Shown in pieces: positions 20,023-29,824 of a DNA stretch of 64,000 nucleotides. The notes under the pieces are model-generated. The model had not been told where the DNA came from. It saw only the letters and a list, made by a program, of their open reading frames with translations, and ran no database searches. Source of the DNA: an uncultured Actinomycetes bacterium (lineage in GTDB: Bacteria; Actinomycetota; Thermoleophilia; UBA2241). Position 1 is the stretch's first letter; each line of letters begins with the position of its first letter. The translations under genes and the position numbers were made by a program. The stretch is from the NCBI GenBank assembly GCA_963725665.1, contig CAVRZA010000006.1, positions 480,001 through 544,000 on the forward strand, written 5' to 3'.

Positions 20023-20820
20023 TCACGACGAACGACGAGCGGCGACGAGTACTCCGGCAACCAGCCCCTCGACGGTGTGCGGGTCGGCCTCGACGGCCAC
20101 AGTCAGGCCGTGACGGCGCAGCGTCTCGCTCGTGACGGGTCCGATCGAGCACAGGCGCACGCCGGCGAGACGCTGCGCCAGCCCGTCCCGGCCCATGAGA
20201 CGGACGAAGTGCTCCGCGGTCGAGCTCGCAGTGAACGTGATGAAGTCGGCGACCTCGACCTCTGAGACAGGGACGGCGAGCGCCTCAACGCCGACGGTCT
20301 CGTAGACGGTCACAACGTCGACGGTCGCTCCGGCGGCGCGAAGTGCGTCGGGGATGACCTCGCGAGCTTCGCGCGCCCGTGGGAACAGCACACGAGCGCC
20401 GTCGAGGCGCGTGCCGGCGGCAGCGAGCGCCTCGACGGCGCTCTCGGCTACTGCTTCCACCGGGACGATGTCGGGCGGTAGGCCGCGGGTGACGAGCGAC
20501 GCGGCCGTCTTCGGCCCGATGGCGACGACGGTCGCGCGCCGCATCCGCGCGGCGTCGACGCCGCACTCCGCCACCCGGTCGAGGAAGTCGCTCGCGGCGT
20601 TCACGCTGGTAAACACGGCGAGGTCGTACTCCGCGAGCCGGGCCATCACAGCGCGGATCTCGTCGTTCAGCGGTGTGGGCGCGATACGGATCACGGGCGC
20701 GAGCAGCACGCGCGCGCCGAGCGCCTCGAGCGGCCGCGCCAGCGCGGCCGCCTGCGCTTCGGCGCGCGTGACGACGACCGTCAGGCCGCTGAGAGGCTGC
20801 TCGTCCTGCCCCCCGCTCAC
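20023..20820 (-). CDS. hemD: Uroporphyrinogen-III synthase
   Basis: VVVTRA..QA, FTSVNA, AIGPKTA, VYET, FTASST, SIGPVT; directly downstream of hemC. Confidence 0.92.
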   Translation of the reverse strand: MSGGQDEQPLSGLTVVVTRAEAQAAALARPLEALGARVLLAPVIRIAPTPLNDEIRAVMARLAEYDLAVFTSVNAASDFLDRVAECGVDAARMRRATVVAIGPKTAASLVTRGLPPDIVPVEAVAESAVEALAAAGTRLDGARVLFPRAREAREVIPDALRAAGATVDVVTVYETVGVEALAVPVSEVEVADFITFTASSTAEHFVRLMGRDGLAQRLAGVRLCSIGPVTSETLRRHGLTVAVEADPHTVEGLVAGVLVAARRSS

Positions 20821-21788
20821 GTGACCTGCACGGGGGGGCCCGCGTCGACGCCGCGCACGGCCTCGAGGATGCGGTCGGCGCCGCGCTCGAGCAGACGTGA
20901 CGCCAGCTCGCCTCCCAACTTCTCCGGGTCCTCCAGGGCGCCGCTTGCAGCGTCGCGCACACACAGCCGACCGTCGAGCGACCCGACGAAGGCGCGCAGG
21001 TGCAGCTCGCCGTCGGCGAGCTCGCCGTGCGCGCCGATCGGCACCTGACAACCCCCCTCGAGCCGGTGCATCAGCGCGCGCTCGGCGCGCACCGCAAGGG
21101 CGGTCGGGCGATGATCGAGGGGCGCGACGAGCGCGCCCACGCGCTCGTCGCGCGCGCGCATCTCGATCGCCAAGGCCCCCTGACCGACCGCCGGGAGCAT
21201 CTCGTCGAAGCCGAAGACGAAGGACACGATCTCGGGCCGCCCCAAGCGACGCAGCCCGGCCAGCGCGAGCACCGTGCCGGCGAGCCCCTGCTCACCGATC
21301 TTGCGCAGACGCGTCTCGACGTTGCCGCGGATATCGGTCAGCTCGAGGTCGGGGCGCAGCGCAAGGAGCTGCGAGCGGCGGCGCAGGCTCGACGAGCCGA
21401 CGCGCGCCTGCGGCGGCAGGTCGGCCGTTGAGCCTGCGCCGCCGCTCCCTCCTGCGCCGACGAAGGCGTCGCGCACGTCCTCGCGCTCGGTGAAGGCGCC
21501 CAATCCAAGCCCGTCGGGGAGCACCGTGGGCATGTCCTTCGCCGAGTGCACCGCGACGTCGATGCGGCCCTCGAGGAGTGCGCTCTCGAGCTCCTTCGTG
21601 AAGAGGCCCTTGTCGCCGATCTTGGCCAGCGGCGCATCGAGGATCCTGTCGCCCTTGGTGGAGATCTCCTCGATGGTGACCTCGAGCTCGGGATGGGCCT
21701 CGCGCATCCGGTCGCGCACCCACTGCGCCTGGATCAGGGCGAGCCGGCTGCCGCGGGATCCGATGACGAGACGACGGGAAGAGCTCAC
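20817..21788 (-). CDS. hemC: Porphobilinogen deaminase
   Basis: GSRGSRLAL.Q, KGLFTKELE, VHSAKDMP, SSLRR, RGNVETRL, EGGCQVPIG. Confidence 0.97.
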   Translation of the reverse strand: MSSSRRLVIGSRGSRLALIQAQWVRDRMREAHPELEVTIEEISTKGDRILDAPLAKIGDKGLFTKELESALLEGRIDVAVHSAKDMPTVLPDGLGLGAFTEREDVRDAFVGAGGSGGAGSTADLPPQARVGSSSLRRRSQLLALRPDLELTDIRGNVETRLRKIGEQGLAGTVLALAGLRRLGRPEIVSFVFGFDEMLPAVGQGALAIEMRARDERVGALVAPLDHRPTALAVRAERALMHRLEGGCQVPIGAHGELADGELHLRAFVGSLDGRLCVRDAASGALEDPEKLGGELASRLLERGADRILEAVRGVDAGPPVQVT

Positions 21789-21798
21789 GCGGCCCCTC

Positions 21799-23307
21799 TC
21801 ACGCGGCCCCTTGGGAACGCCCGCGTGCCGCGCGCGAACCGGCCAACTCGTCGCCGTGCGACTCATGGCCGCTCGACTCGTCGCCGCCCGACTCGCCCGC
21901 GCTCGACTCGTCGTCGGTCGGCTCGTCGTCGGTCGGCTCGTCGGCGGTCGGCTCGTCGGCAGCGCCGACCTCGTCCTCAGCCCGGAGCGGGCCGGCGGAT
22001 GCGGGCGTGCTCTCGCCCTCTGCCGGCGCGTCTTCCTGCAGCTCCTCGAGGCCGAACAGATGGCGCAACGCCTCGATGTAGAGCGTGGCGTCGCGGTCGG
22101 TCGCGGCGAGCTCCTTCAGGCGCACCGTAGGCTGATGGAGGATCTTGTTCACGAGACAGGTCGAGAGCATCTCGACCTTGCGCAGGGTCTCCTCGTCGAC
22201 ATCGCCCATGCGGCGCGCGATGCGCTCGAACTCGGCCTGACGCATCTTCTCGACCTCGCTGCGCAGGAGGTTGATGGTCGGCACGACCTCGAGACCGGCG
22301 AGCCACGCCTCGACCCTGGCGACCTCCTCCTCGACGATGCCCTCGGCCTCCTCGGCCTCACGCTCCCGGGCGCCCCGGTTGCGGTCGACGATCTCCTGCA
22401 GGTCGTCGATGTCGTACAGGTAAGCCCCATCGATCTTGTTGATCTCGGGCTCGCAGTCGCGCGGCACGGCGATGTCGATCAGGAACAACGGTCGATGCCG
22501 GCGCACGCGCATGGCGCGCTCGACCTGCGCCTTGTGGACGACGTAGAGGGGCGCGGCCGTCGACGAGATGACGATGTCGGCGATGGCGAGGTGCTCCTCG
22601 AGACGATCCCACTCGACGGCCGAGCCGCCGTAGCGCTCGGCGAGCTCCTGCCCGGCGGAGAGGGTGCGGTTGGTGACGAAGATCTTGCGGATCCCCTGCG
22701 CCTTGAGATGAGTCGCCGTGAGCTCGCTCATCTCGCCCGCCCCGAGGATCAGGACGACGTGGTTCTCGAGCTTGCCGAAGACCTGCAGCGCCAGCTCCAC
22801 GGCCGCGGAGCTGATCGACACCGGCCGCTCGCCGATGGTCGTCTCGGTGCGCACGCGCTTGCCCACCTCGACGGCGTGGCGGAAGACCTTGTTGAGCACG
22901 ACGCTCGAGCAGCCCGAGTCGCCGGCGACCTGATGGGCCGCCTTGATCTGCGCCAGGATCTGCGCCTCGCCGACGACCATCGAGTCGAGGCTCGACGCCA
23001 CGCGGAAGAGGTGAGCGATGGCGCCTGGGCCGGTGTGGACATAGGCATAAGGCTCGAGCTCGGCCGCGCCGGCGCCGGCGCATCCGGCGAGCCGTACGAG
23101 CGCGGCGCTGCGCGCCGCGCTCGTGTCCTCGGCGTAGAGGTAGAGCTCGGTGCGGTTGCACGTCGAGAGGGCGACCGCCTCGCCGATCGAGTCGTCGCGC
23201 AAGAAACCCGAGGCGACGTGCACACACTGGCCCTCGTCGAGCGCCAGGCGCTCGCGCAGCTCGACCGGCGAGGTCTTGTGCGAGACACCGACGCAGATCA
23301 CCTGCAT
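21799..23307 (-). CDS. hemA: Glutamyl-tRNA reductase with an acidic low-complexity tail
   Basis: LSTCNRTE, LDSMVVGEAQILAQ, LGAGEM, DIAVPRD, NKILHQP. Confidence 0.97.
   Translation of the reverse strand: MQVICVGVSHKTSPVELRERLALDEGQCVHVASGFLRDDSIGEAVALSTCNRTELYLYAEDTSAARSAALVRLAGCAGAGAAELEPYAYVHTGPGAIAHLFRVASSLDSMVVGEAQILAQIKAAHQVAGDSGCSSVVLNKVFRHAVEVGKRVRTETTIGERPVSISSAAVELALQVFGKLENHVVLILGAGEMSELTATHLKAQGIRKIFVTNRTLSAGQELAERYGGSAVEWDRLEEHLAIADIVISSTAAPLYVVHKAQVERAMRVRRHRPLFLIDIAVPRDCEPEINKIDGAYLYDIDDLQEIVDRNRGAREREAEEAEGIVEEEVARVEAWLAGLEVVPTINLLRSEVEKMRQAEFERIARRMGDVDEETLRKVEMLSTCLVNKILHQPTVRLKELAATDRDATLYIEALRHLFGLEELQEDAPAEGESTPASAGPLRAEDEVGAADEPTADEPTDDEPTDDESSAGESGGDESSGHESHGDELAGSRAARGRSQGAA
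21845..21962 (-). repeat. Degenerate 15-bp tandem repeat encoding the HemA tail
   Basis: Encodes ADEPT-ADEPT-DDEPT-DDESS-AGESG-GDESS-GHESH-GDELA. Confidence 0.75.
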
Positions 23308-23406
23308 AGGACCCTCCGCGCGGGCATGATCCGCGCCCCGGCCATCGCGGAATCCATAGGGACGCCCGCCCTCACGCTCGCCCTCTTGCCTGACGCGACA
23401 CCCACG

Positions 23407-24234
23407 TTAGCTCCCGTACGTGTGGAAGCTCGACAGGAACGGCACGGCGGCAAAGCGGATCAGCAGCAGGCACACGAGGCCGGCGAGGGCCAGATACGCC
23501 GTGCGTCGTCCGCGCCAGCCGGCACTGACACGCGCGTAGAGGAACCCGGCGTACACAGCCCAGGCGACGATGGCCAGCCACACCAGAGGGTCGAGGTACC
23601 AGTCGTGCACGCCCCACTTCTGCGCCCGGATGATGCCGGCGATGATGCCCATCGAGAGGAACGGCAGCCCGAAAAGGATGGCGTGGAAGGTGAGCCTGTC
23701 GAGCGTCTCGAGCGATGGCAGGCGCCCCAGAACGGCGTTGAAGCCGTGGCGTTTGAGCTGCCAGTCCTCGATGAGGTAGAGGACGGCCGCGCCGGCGGCC
23801 AGGTTGAAGGCCGCGAGCGAGGTGAAGATGACGGCCACGTGCAGGGCCACGAGGTCACTCTTGAGCACCGGCAGCAGCCCGGCCGGCGCGCTGTAGTTCG
23901 CCCAGGCCACGCCCAGCAGGATCACCACCGCGGGCATGGCGTAGAGGCCGATGGCGCGCACGCTAGTGCGCAGCTCGAGGATGAGGTAGACGAGGGCGAT
24001 GAACCAGGCGATGAGCGAGAGCGACTCGTAGGCGCCGAAGACCGGCACGTGCCCGGCCGAGACGCCGCGCAAGACGAGCGCGACCGTCTGGGCGATCCAC
24101 GCCGCGAGCACGACGAAGAGACCCCAGCGGTTGAACACCGGCCGTTTCGAGACCAGGTGGTAGACGAAGAGGACGAACGCCGCTCCGTAGAGCAGGAACG
24201 CCACCCAGAACAAGACCACCGAGACGTGTTCCAC
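23407..24234 (-). CDS. CcsA/HemX-like membrane protein (cytochrome c assembly family)
   Basis: About eight TM helices, GHVP...YESL, LHV, RLPSLETLD, degenerate WWD (WGVHDWYLDP), GWRGRR; immediately upstream of hemA. Confidence 0.8.
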   Translation of the reverse strand: MEHVSVVLFWVAFLLYGAAFVLFVYHLVSKRPVFNRWGLFVVLAAWIAQTVALVLRGVSAGHVPVFGAYESLSLIAWFIALVYLILELRTSVRAIGLYAMPAVVILLGVAWANYSAPAGLLPVLKSDLVALHVAVIFTSLAAFNLAAGAAVLYLIEDWQLKRHGFNAVLGRLPSLETLDRLTFHAILFGLPFLSMGIIAGIIRAQKWGVHDWYLDPLVWLAIVAWAVYAGFLYARVSAGWRGRRTAYLALAGLVCLLLIRFAAVPFLSSFHTYGS

Positions 24235-24265
24235 CCGCTCGCTCCCCGTCTCCAGTTCCTGCCGT

Positions 24266-24430
24266 CTAGCGGGCCGAGCCCTCCCGCCTGTCGAGCACCT
24301 CGTTCATCAGCCGCACCTCGCGCTCGAGCATGGTGACACGGCGAGCGACGAACACCACATACACGGCCACCGCCACCCAGATGATGGCGTAGGCGGCCGC
24401 CACGTACTTGACCGCTTCTTCGAGTGGCAT
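24266..24430 (-). CDS. ccmD: CcmD-family small membrane protein (not in the ORF track)
   Basis: 54-aa MPLEEAVKYVAAAYAIIWVAVAVYVVFVARRVTMLEREV... directly after ccmC; one TM helix with Y.AAAY..IW followed by a coiled tail. Confidence 0.8.
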   Translation of the reverse strand: MPLEEAVKYVAAAYAIIWVAVAVYVVFVARRVTMLEREVRLMNEVLDRREGSAR

Positions 24431-24433
24431 GGG

Positions 24434-25180
24434 TTATCTCCCCAGTCGGTTCTTGAGATGATCGAGCTCCTCCCTGAGCCGGGCGGCCGCGAGCTCGGCG
24501 CGCAGCAGACCGACGAAGAAGAGCGTCATGCCGACCATCGCGACCATGAAGGCGATCAGGTCGCGATGGTCCATCTGCGCGCCCCTGTCGGTGAACACCA
24601 CAGGATGCAGGCCGGCCGGCATGAGTCGCGTCGCCACGAACGTGATGGGCACGTCGATGAAGGCGATGATGGCGAACAGCGCCGAGTACGTCGCCCGGCG
24701 CTCTTCCTCGTCGACCGAGGAGCGCAAGACGAAGTAGGCGGCGTAGAGCAGGCAGGCGATGAGGAACGTCGTGAGCCTGGGTTCCCAGGCCCACCAGGCG
24801 CCCCAGGCGGCCTTGCCCCAGATCATCCCCGTGGCCATGACGAGCAGGCTGAAGAGCAGGCCGAGACGGATCGCGGCCACGCCCAGCCGGTCGTACTTGG
24901 CGTCGCGCGAGCGCAGATAAAGGATGCCGGCCACGAAAGCGACGCCGAAGGCCAGCAGAGCCGTCTCGGCGACCGGCACGTGGAAGTAGAAGATCTTCTG
25001 GCTGAAGCCCATCGTCGAGGCGTCGGTGGGCGCATACCAGAAGCCGAGGATGGCGCCCGCCGCGAGCAGCACGGCAGCGTACGCGAGCAGCGCCGGGGCC
25101 GACACCAGCCGTTGCAGCGTCGAACCCTGGGCGGCAGAGGAGACGGGGGCGGCGATCGACTGGGAGCTCTCCACAGTCAC
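24434..25180 (-). CDS. ccmC: Heme exporter protein C
   Basis: IFYFHVP, WWD domain WGKAAWGAWWAWEPRLT, and LHP. Confidence 0.92.
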   Translation of the reverse strand: MTVESSQSIAAPVSSAAQGSTLQRLVSAPALLAYAAVLLAAGAILGFWYAPTDASTMGFSQKIFYFHVPVAETALLAFGVAFVAGILYLRSRDAKYDRLGVAAIRLGLLFSLLVMATGMIWGKAAWGAWWAWEPRLTTFLIACLLYAAYFVLRSSVDEEERRATYSALFAIIAFIDVPITFVATRLMPAGLHPVVFTDRGAQMDHRDLIAFMVAMVGMTLFFVGLLRAELAAARLREELDHLKNRLGR

Positions 25181-25914
25181 TCTCCTATCGCGAAGTCGTA
25201 GGTCCCGTAGGCCGCCAGGACGAAAATCGCGTCGTAGGCGGCGAGAAAGCCAAGCTTAGCACCGAGCGAGCCGAGGCTCGCCGTCTGGGCGAAGATGCCC
25301 GTCGTCGCCGCGGTGGCGGCGATGAGCACGGGGATGATGAGCGGCAGGAACACGATCGGCAGCAGCAGGTCGCGGGCCTTGGTGTTCATCGCGATCGTGG
25401 CCATCAGCGTGCCCACGGCGCACACACCAATGTCGGCCAGGAGCAGCACGGCGAAGAAGGCCGGCAGGTCGGCGGCGTAGCTCGTCTTCACGAAGAACAA
25501 CGTGAAGATGGGCACCGCCAGGGCCTGGATGACGAGCAGGAAGATCAGGTTGCCCGTCATCTTGGCGAGGAAGATGGTCACGCGGTCGACCGGGCACAGC
25601 AACAGCCCGTCGAGGCAGCCCTCGTCCTTCTCGTGCACGAAGCTGCGGTTCAGACCTAGAAGGGCGCCGAAGATGAACGTCACCCACAACATGCCGCCGG
25701 TGAAGTAGGTCAGGTCCGTGTTCTCGCGCACGCTGAAGGCGAAGTGGAAGACGACCATCGCCAGCACCGCAAAGAGGAACATCGAGAGTAGCATCTCCTT
25801 GGTGCGCAGCTCGCTGATGACGTCCTTCTTGACGATGGTGTAGAGCTGCCGCCCCGCCGAGATGCGGGCGGGCGGCAGCTCGACGGCGCCGACTCCGACA
25901 GCTCCCGCTTCCAC
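25177..25914 (-). CDS. ccmB: Heme exporter protein B
   Basis: KDVISELRTKE, RSFVHEKDEGCLDGLLL, LLLPIVFLPLIIP. Confidence 0.92.
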   Translation of the reverse strand: MEAGAVGVGAVELPPARISAGRQLYTIVKKDVISELRTKEMLLSMFLFAVLAMVVFHFAFSVRENTDLTYFTGGMLWVTFIFGALLGLNRSFVHEKDEGCLDGLLLCPVDRVTIFLAKMTGNLIFLLVIQALAVPIFTLFFVKTSYAADLPAFFAVLLLADIGVCAVGTLMATIAMNTKARDLLLPIVFLPLIIPVLIAATAATTGIFAQTASLGSLGAKLGFLAAYDAIFVLAAYGTYDFAIGE

Positions 25915-26645
25915 TAGAGCGCCACCCCCTCGTTGACGTGCTCGCGGTAGACGGCCACGAAATCACCCTCGTCGACGCGCCCGGCCTGCCGGTAGACGAT
26001 GCGCCCGGCGTCCATGATCACGACCTGCGTAGAGAGCTGCAGCGTCTTGGGGATCGAGTGCGACACCATGACGAAGGTGTGCTCGGCGCGGATCTCGTCG
26101 AGCAGGCCGTCGAGGATGTCGACCGCGTGCGGATCGAGGCCCGAGTACGGCTCGTCGAGGAGCAGGACCCGCGGCCGGTGCAGGAGCGCCCGCGCGATGG
26201 CCAGGCGCTGCAGCATGCCCTTCGAGAAGGTGCGCACCTGGTCGTAGCGGCGGTGCGAGAGCTCGACGCGCTCCAGCAGCTCGCCGATGCGGCGCTCGCG
26301 CTCGGGCACCCCGTACATGTCGGCGTAGAAGCGCAGGTTCTCGTAGGCGGTCAGGTCGAGGTAGAGCAGCGGGCTGTGCGAGATCAGGCCGATCACCCGG
26401 CGCACGGGCGTGGGGTCGTCGAGGGGATCGAGACCGGCGATGCGCACGCTGCCCGAGGTCGGGGTGAGCAGCGTCGCCAGCACGCGCAAGATGGTCGTCT
26501 TGCCGGCGCCGTTGGGACCCATGATCGAGAGGAAGCCGCCGCGCTCGACGCTGAAGCCCACGTCGCGCAGCACGTCGCGCCGCCCGAACGTCTTGTTCAG
26601 GCCCTCGACCTCTATCTCGGCGTGGGCGACATCGACCTCGGCCAC
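25914..26645 (-). CDS. ccmA: Heme ABC exporter ATP-binding protein
   Basis: GPNGAGKTT, FSKGMLQRL, LLLDEP; lies between ccmF and ccmB. Confidence 0.9.
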   Translation of the reverse strand: MAEVDVAHAEIEVEGLNKTFGRRDVLRDVGFSVERGGFLSIMGPNGAGKTTILRVLATLLTPTSGSVRIAGLDPLDDPTPVRRVIGLISHSPLLYLDLTAYENLRFYADMYGVPERERRIGELLERVELSHRRYDQVRTFSKGMLQRLAIARALLHRPRVLLLDEPYSGLDPHAVDILDGLLDEIRAEHTFVMVSHSIPKTLQLSTQVVIMDAGRIVYRQAGRVDEGDFVAVYREHVNEGVAL

Positions 26646-26649
26646 AAGG

Positions 26650-28650
26650 CTACTCCTCGGAGGTGACCGCCTTGCCGCGTCGCAGCGGGACAGTTCTCTT
26701 CTCGTCGACCAGCGCTTCCTGCGCGCGGCGGGCCGGCCAGAGCGAGACCGCCGCGCCGCCCACGAGCAGGATCGTGCCGATCCACAAGAACCGGATCAGG
26801 GGGAACGTGTCGACTTTGACGTCGGCGCGCTGCTGGCTGAACTCGTTGGGCGCGATGAACAGGTCTCTCCACGCGCCGCCCAGGATCACGGCGCGCGCCG
26901 CCGTCTGCTGGGTCGTGGGGAAGAACTCGATGCGCGGTTGCACCTCACCCAGCTTCTCACCGTTCTTGGAGACCGAGAAGGTGGCCGTCGACATCTGCGA
27001 TTGCTGCACGCCGGTGCTGTCTTTATAGCCTTTGAACGTCAAGGTGTAGGGACCGGCCGTCGCGCTGGCGCCGACCTTGGCGGGCATCGAGACGTTGTTC
27101 TCGGTCTTGTAGATGTTGGAGCCGATGAGGCCGGCCATGATCAGGGCCATCCCGACATGGCTGACGATCATCGCGCTACGCGTCCGGCTGAAGCGCAGGA
27201 AGTTCCACAAGCGGGCGAGCGCGCTGGTGCCCCGCGACTTGCTCGAGCGCAGCAAGACGAACTGGACGATGGCGGCAAGGGCGAAGACGACGACTACGAG
27301 GCCGACCAGGCCCATCGGCTCCGACCCCCAGCCGCCGAGCAGGAGGAGCGCCGCCGCGACGGCGGCCGCCACCGCGGGCCAAAGCAGGTTGCGGACGAGC
27401 GTCCGCCCCTCGGTCCGCCCCCACGCCATGAGAGGGCAGATCGCGATCGCGAGCAAGAAGAGGATGCCCAGCGGCCGCGCGAAGACCTCGTAGGACGTCG
27501 ACCCCACCGTCTGCTTCATGGCCAGCGGCACGATCACGGTGGCGAACAGGATCGCGGCGGCGAACACGGTGAGGCTGACGTTGGTGAAGTAGTACATGAA
27601 GTCCTTCGAAGCGACGGCCTCGATGTGCTCGTCGGAATCGAAGTCGTGCCAACGGGTCGCGAGCAGGTAGGTCGTGACCGCGGCCACCACCGCCATGAAG
27701 CTCAGGAGGATGGCCGAGAGCAGCGGCGACCTCTGGAAGGCGTGCTGCGACGAAATGGCTCCCGAGCGCGTCACCCAGGTCGCCACGATGGTGAGGATGA
27801 ACGTCACCGTCGCGAGGGCGACCGTCCAGCGCCTGAAGATGCCGCGCTTCACGTAGAGGTTCAGCGAGTGCAACAGCGCCGTGGCGGTGAGCCACGGGAT
27901 GAGGGACGAGTTCTCGACCGGGTCCCAGCCCCAGTAGCCGCCCCAACCGAGCACGACGTAGGCCCACCAGGCGCCAAGGCCGATGCCGATCGACAAGAAG
28001 AGCCACGCCATGACCGTCCACTTCTGGCCGAGGCGCACCCAGAGGCTGTCGCCGCGGCCAAGGAGCATGGTGCCGATGGCAAAGGCGAAAGGCACGGTCA
28101 GCCCAGCGTAGCCGAGAAAGAGCGTCGGCGGGTGCAGCACCATCGCCGGGTGCAGGAGCAGCGGGTTCAGGCCGAGCGGCGTCGCACTGGGATCGGGGTT
28201 GGCCACGAACGGGTTTGAGCCCTTCTCGAAGACCATGAGTCCGGCGAAGAAGGCGCAGACCGCGGCCAGCACCAGCACGGCGCCGGCGGTCACCGGCTCG
28301 GCGCGCTCGATGTCTCGGAAGGCGATGACGACCGTGATGACGGCGAGGAAGAACAGCCAGAGGAGGAACGAGCCCTGTTGGCCAGCCCAGAAGCCGGCTA
28401 CGCGGTAGAAAGCCGAGAGGGTCGAGTCGGAGTTGTCGAGCACGTATTGGAAGCCGAAGTCGTTGTTGAGGAACGCCGTGAGGAGCACGGCGCTGGCGAC
28501 GACGACCGCGAGGAAGAGACCGTAGACAGCGAAGTAGCCGTTTCGGATGAGCTCCCTGCTGCGCTGCTTCACGCCCAGCGCGAGGAAGAGGACGCTGGCC
28601 AGCGACAGGACCGCCGCCAGCACGAGAGCGTACCGGCCGAGAAGGATCAC
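26650..28650 (-). CDS. ccmF: Heme lyase CcmF/NrfE
   Basis: WAGQQGSFLLW, LNPLL, HPP, WAYVVLGWGGYWGWDPVENSSLIPW, TRSG...HAF. Confidence 0.95.
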   Translation of the reverse strand: MILLGRYALVLAAVLSLASVLFLALGVKQRSRELIRNGYFAVYGLFLAVVVASAVLLTAFLNNDFGFQYVLDNSDSTLSAFYRVAGFWAGQQGSFLLWLFFLAVITVVIAFRDIERAEPVTAGAVLVLAAVCAFFAGLMVFEKGSNPFVANPDPSATPLGLNPLLLHPAMVLHPPTLFLGYAGLTVPFAFAIGTMLLGRGDSLWVRLGQKWTVMAWLFLSIGIGLGAWWAYVVLGWGGYWGWDPVENSSLIPWLTATALLHSLNLYVKRGIFRRWTVALATVTFILTIVATWVTRSGAISSQHAFQRSPLLSAILLSFMAVVAAVTTYLLATRWHDFDSDEHIEAVASKDFMYYFTNVSLTVFAAAILFATVIVPLAMKQTVGSTSYEVFARPLGILFLLAIAICPLMAWGRTEGRTLVRNLLWPAVAAAVAAALLLLGGWGSEPMGLVGLVVVVFALAAIVQFVLLRSSKSRGTSALARLWNFLRFSRTRSAMIVSHVGMALIMAGLIGSNIYKTENNVSMPAKVGASATAGPYTLTFKGYKDSTGVQQSQMSTATFSVSKNGEKLGEVQPRIEFFPTTQQTAARAVILGGAWRDLFIAPNEFSQQRADVKVDTFPLIRFLWIGTILLVGGAAVSLWPARRAQEALVDEKRTVPLRRGKAVTSEE

Positions 28651-28660
28651 GCGGGCTCTC

Positions 28661-29083
28661 CTACTGAGTGCCCTGCGAGGGCTGAGCGCTCGCCTGCGCC
28701 TGGTACTTCGTCGGGCACTTGGTCTGCAGCTGCTCCGCGTCGATGGCCGTCGTGGCGGCGGCGAACGGGCCGGTGACCACCACATCGACGTTGGGACCGA
28801 AGGTCTCGGGCATCTGCCCGCTGTAGTTCACCTTGACGGTCGACTGCTTGCCGGTGAGGTCGACGATGGTGAAGTGATAGCCGTTCCCGTCGTGCACGAT
28901 CGAGCCCTCGACGACCTTGCCGCCGACCTTGACGTTCTTGCCGTCGAGGCTCTGCACGGTGAGGTCGGACACCTGACGGTAGTAGGCGCCCTGCTTGCTG
29001 ACGAGCAGCACGACACCGACGGTGAAGGCGACGACGATCACGACTGTGGCGATGATCAGACGCCGGCGGGCTTTCTTGTTCAC
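28661..29083 (-). CDS. ccmE: Heme chaperone CcmE, CxxxY variant
   Basis: N-terminal TM, YY, VKVGGKVVEGSI, YSGQMPETF, VVVTG, and TKCPTKY (Cys in place of His). Confidence 0.9.
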   Translation of the reverse strand: MNKKARRRLIIATVVIVVAFTVGVVLLVSKQGAYYRQVSDLTVQSLDGKNVKVGGKVVEGSIVHDGNGYHFTIVDLTGKQSTVKVNYSGQMPETFGPNVDVVVTGPFAAATTAIDAEQLQTKCPTKYQAQASAQPSQGTQ

Positions 29084-29336
29084 CGGATCACTCCCATGGG
29101 CTCGAGGGACCACTGCACTCCCGCGCCCGTCGTGTGAACGCCTTCGGCGTGCTCCGCCGTGCGCGCGAGACGTTGGTTTGACGCGGGGGCGCGAGAGAGG
29201 ACATCGACTGCGCCAAAGGGTAGCAGAGAAAGCGGAGTATTCCAATCCTGTCAGCGTGGAAACCCCGCGCGACGGGAGCGCGACGAGCAACGGTGATCCG
29301 TGCGCCCAACCGTCGCGGCGTGTGCCGACGGGGTTC

Positions 29337-29365
29337 TTGCAAACGATTTGCAGGTGCGCTAGCGT
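29337..29365 (+). promoter_or_regulatory. Promoter with an overlapping Fur/Zur-type operator
   Basis: TTGCAA(29337)-17 nt-TAGCGT(29360). The dyad TGCAAACGATTTGCA (29338-29352) overlaps the -35. Confidence 0.65.
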
Positions 29366-29371
29366 CGCGGC

Positions 29372-29824
29372 GTGCACCACGCACGCGAGACACTACGCAG
29401 AGAAGGCTACCGCCTCACCCCGCAGCGCACGCTGATCTGGGAGGTCGTGCGCAGCCACGGCCGTCACATGACCGCCGAGGAGATCGCCGCGGAGGTCCAC
29501 GAGAAGCTCCCCGAGGTCAACCTGTCCACCGTCTACCGCACGCTCGAGCTGCTCGTCGGCCTCGACTTGGTCAGCGAGACGCGACTCGGGACGAGCCGGA
29601 CCTACTTCGAGGTCGCGCCCGAACCGGTCCACCACCATTTCGTCTGCGAGTCGTGCGGCGCCGTCGGCCACTTCGCCGATGAGCTGCTCGACCCGCTGTA
29701 CGGATCCCTCCGCGACGAGCAGGGGTTCCAGGCAACAGGCTCACGGACGACCGTGTTCGGCTTGTGCAGCAGGTGCCAGAGTCAGACGGCGCTCAGGGGG
29801 GTGCCGGCCGATGCACATACCTGA
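29372..29824 (+). CDS. Fur family transcriptional regulator
   Basis: RLTPQR, HMTAEEI, STVYRTLELL, HHHFVCESCG, GLCSRC. Confidence 0.92.
   Translation: MHHARETLRREGYRLTPQRTLIWEVVRSHGRHMTAEEIAAEVHEKLPEVNLSTVYRTLELLVGLDLVSETRLGTSRTYFEVAPEPVHHHFVCESCGAVGHFADELLDPLYGSLRDEQGFQATGSRTTVFGLCSRCQSQTALRGVPADAHT

Noticed and set aside
21274-24336. 1020-aa plus-strand ORF and many other long antisense ORFs (e.g. 10507..12537, 26410..28218, 39335..41191)
   Set aside because: These are shadow ORFs opposite well-supported genes, expected at this GC content, and they carry no recognisable motifs.
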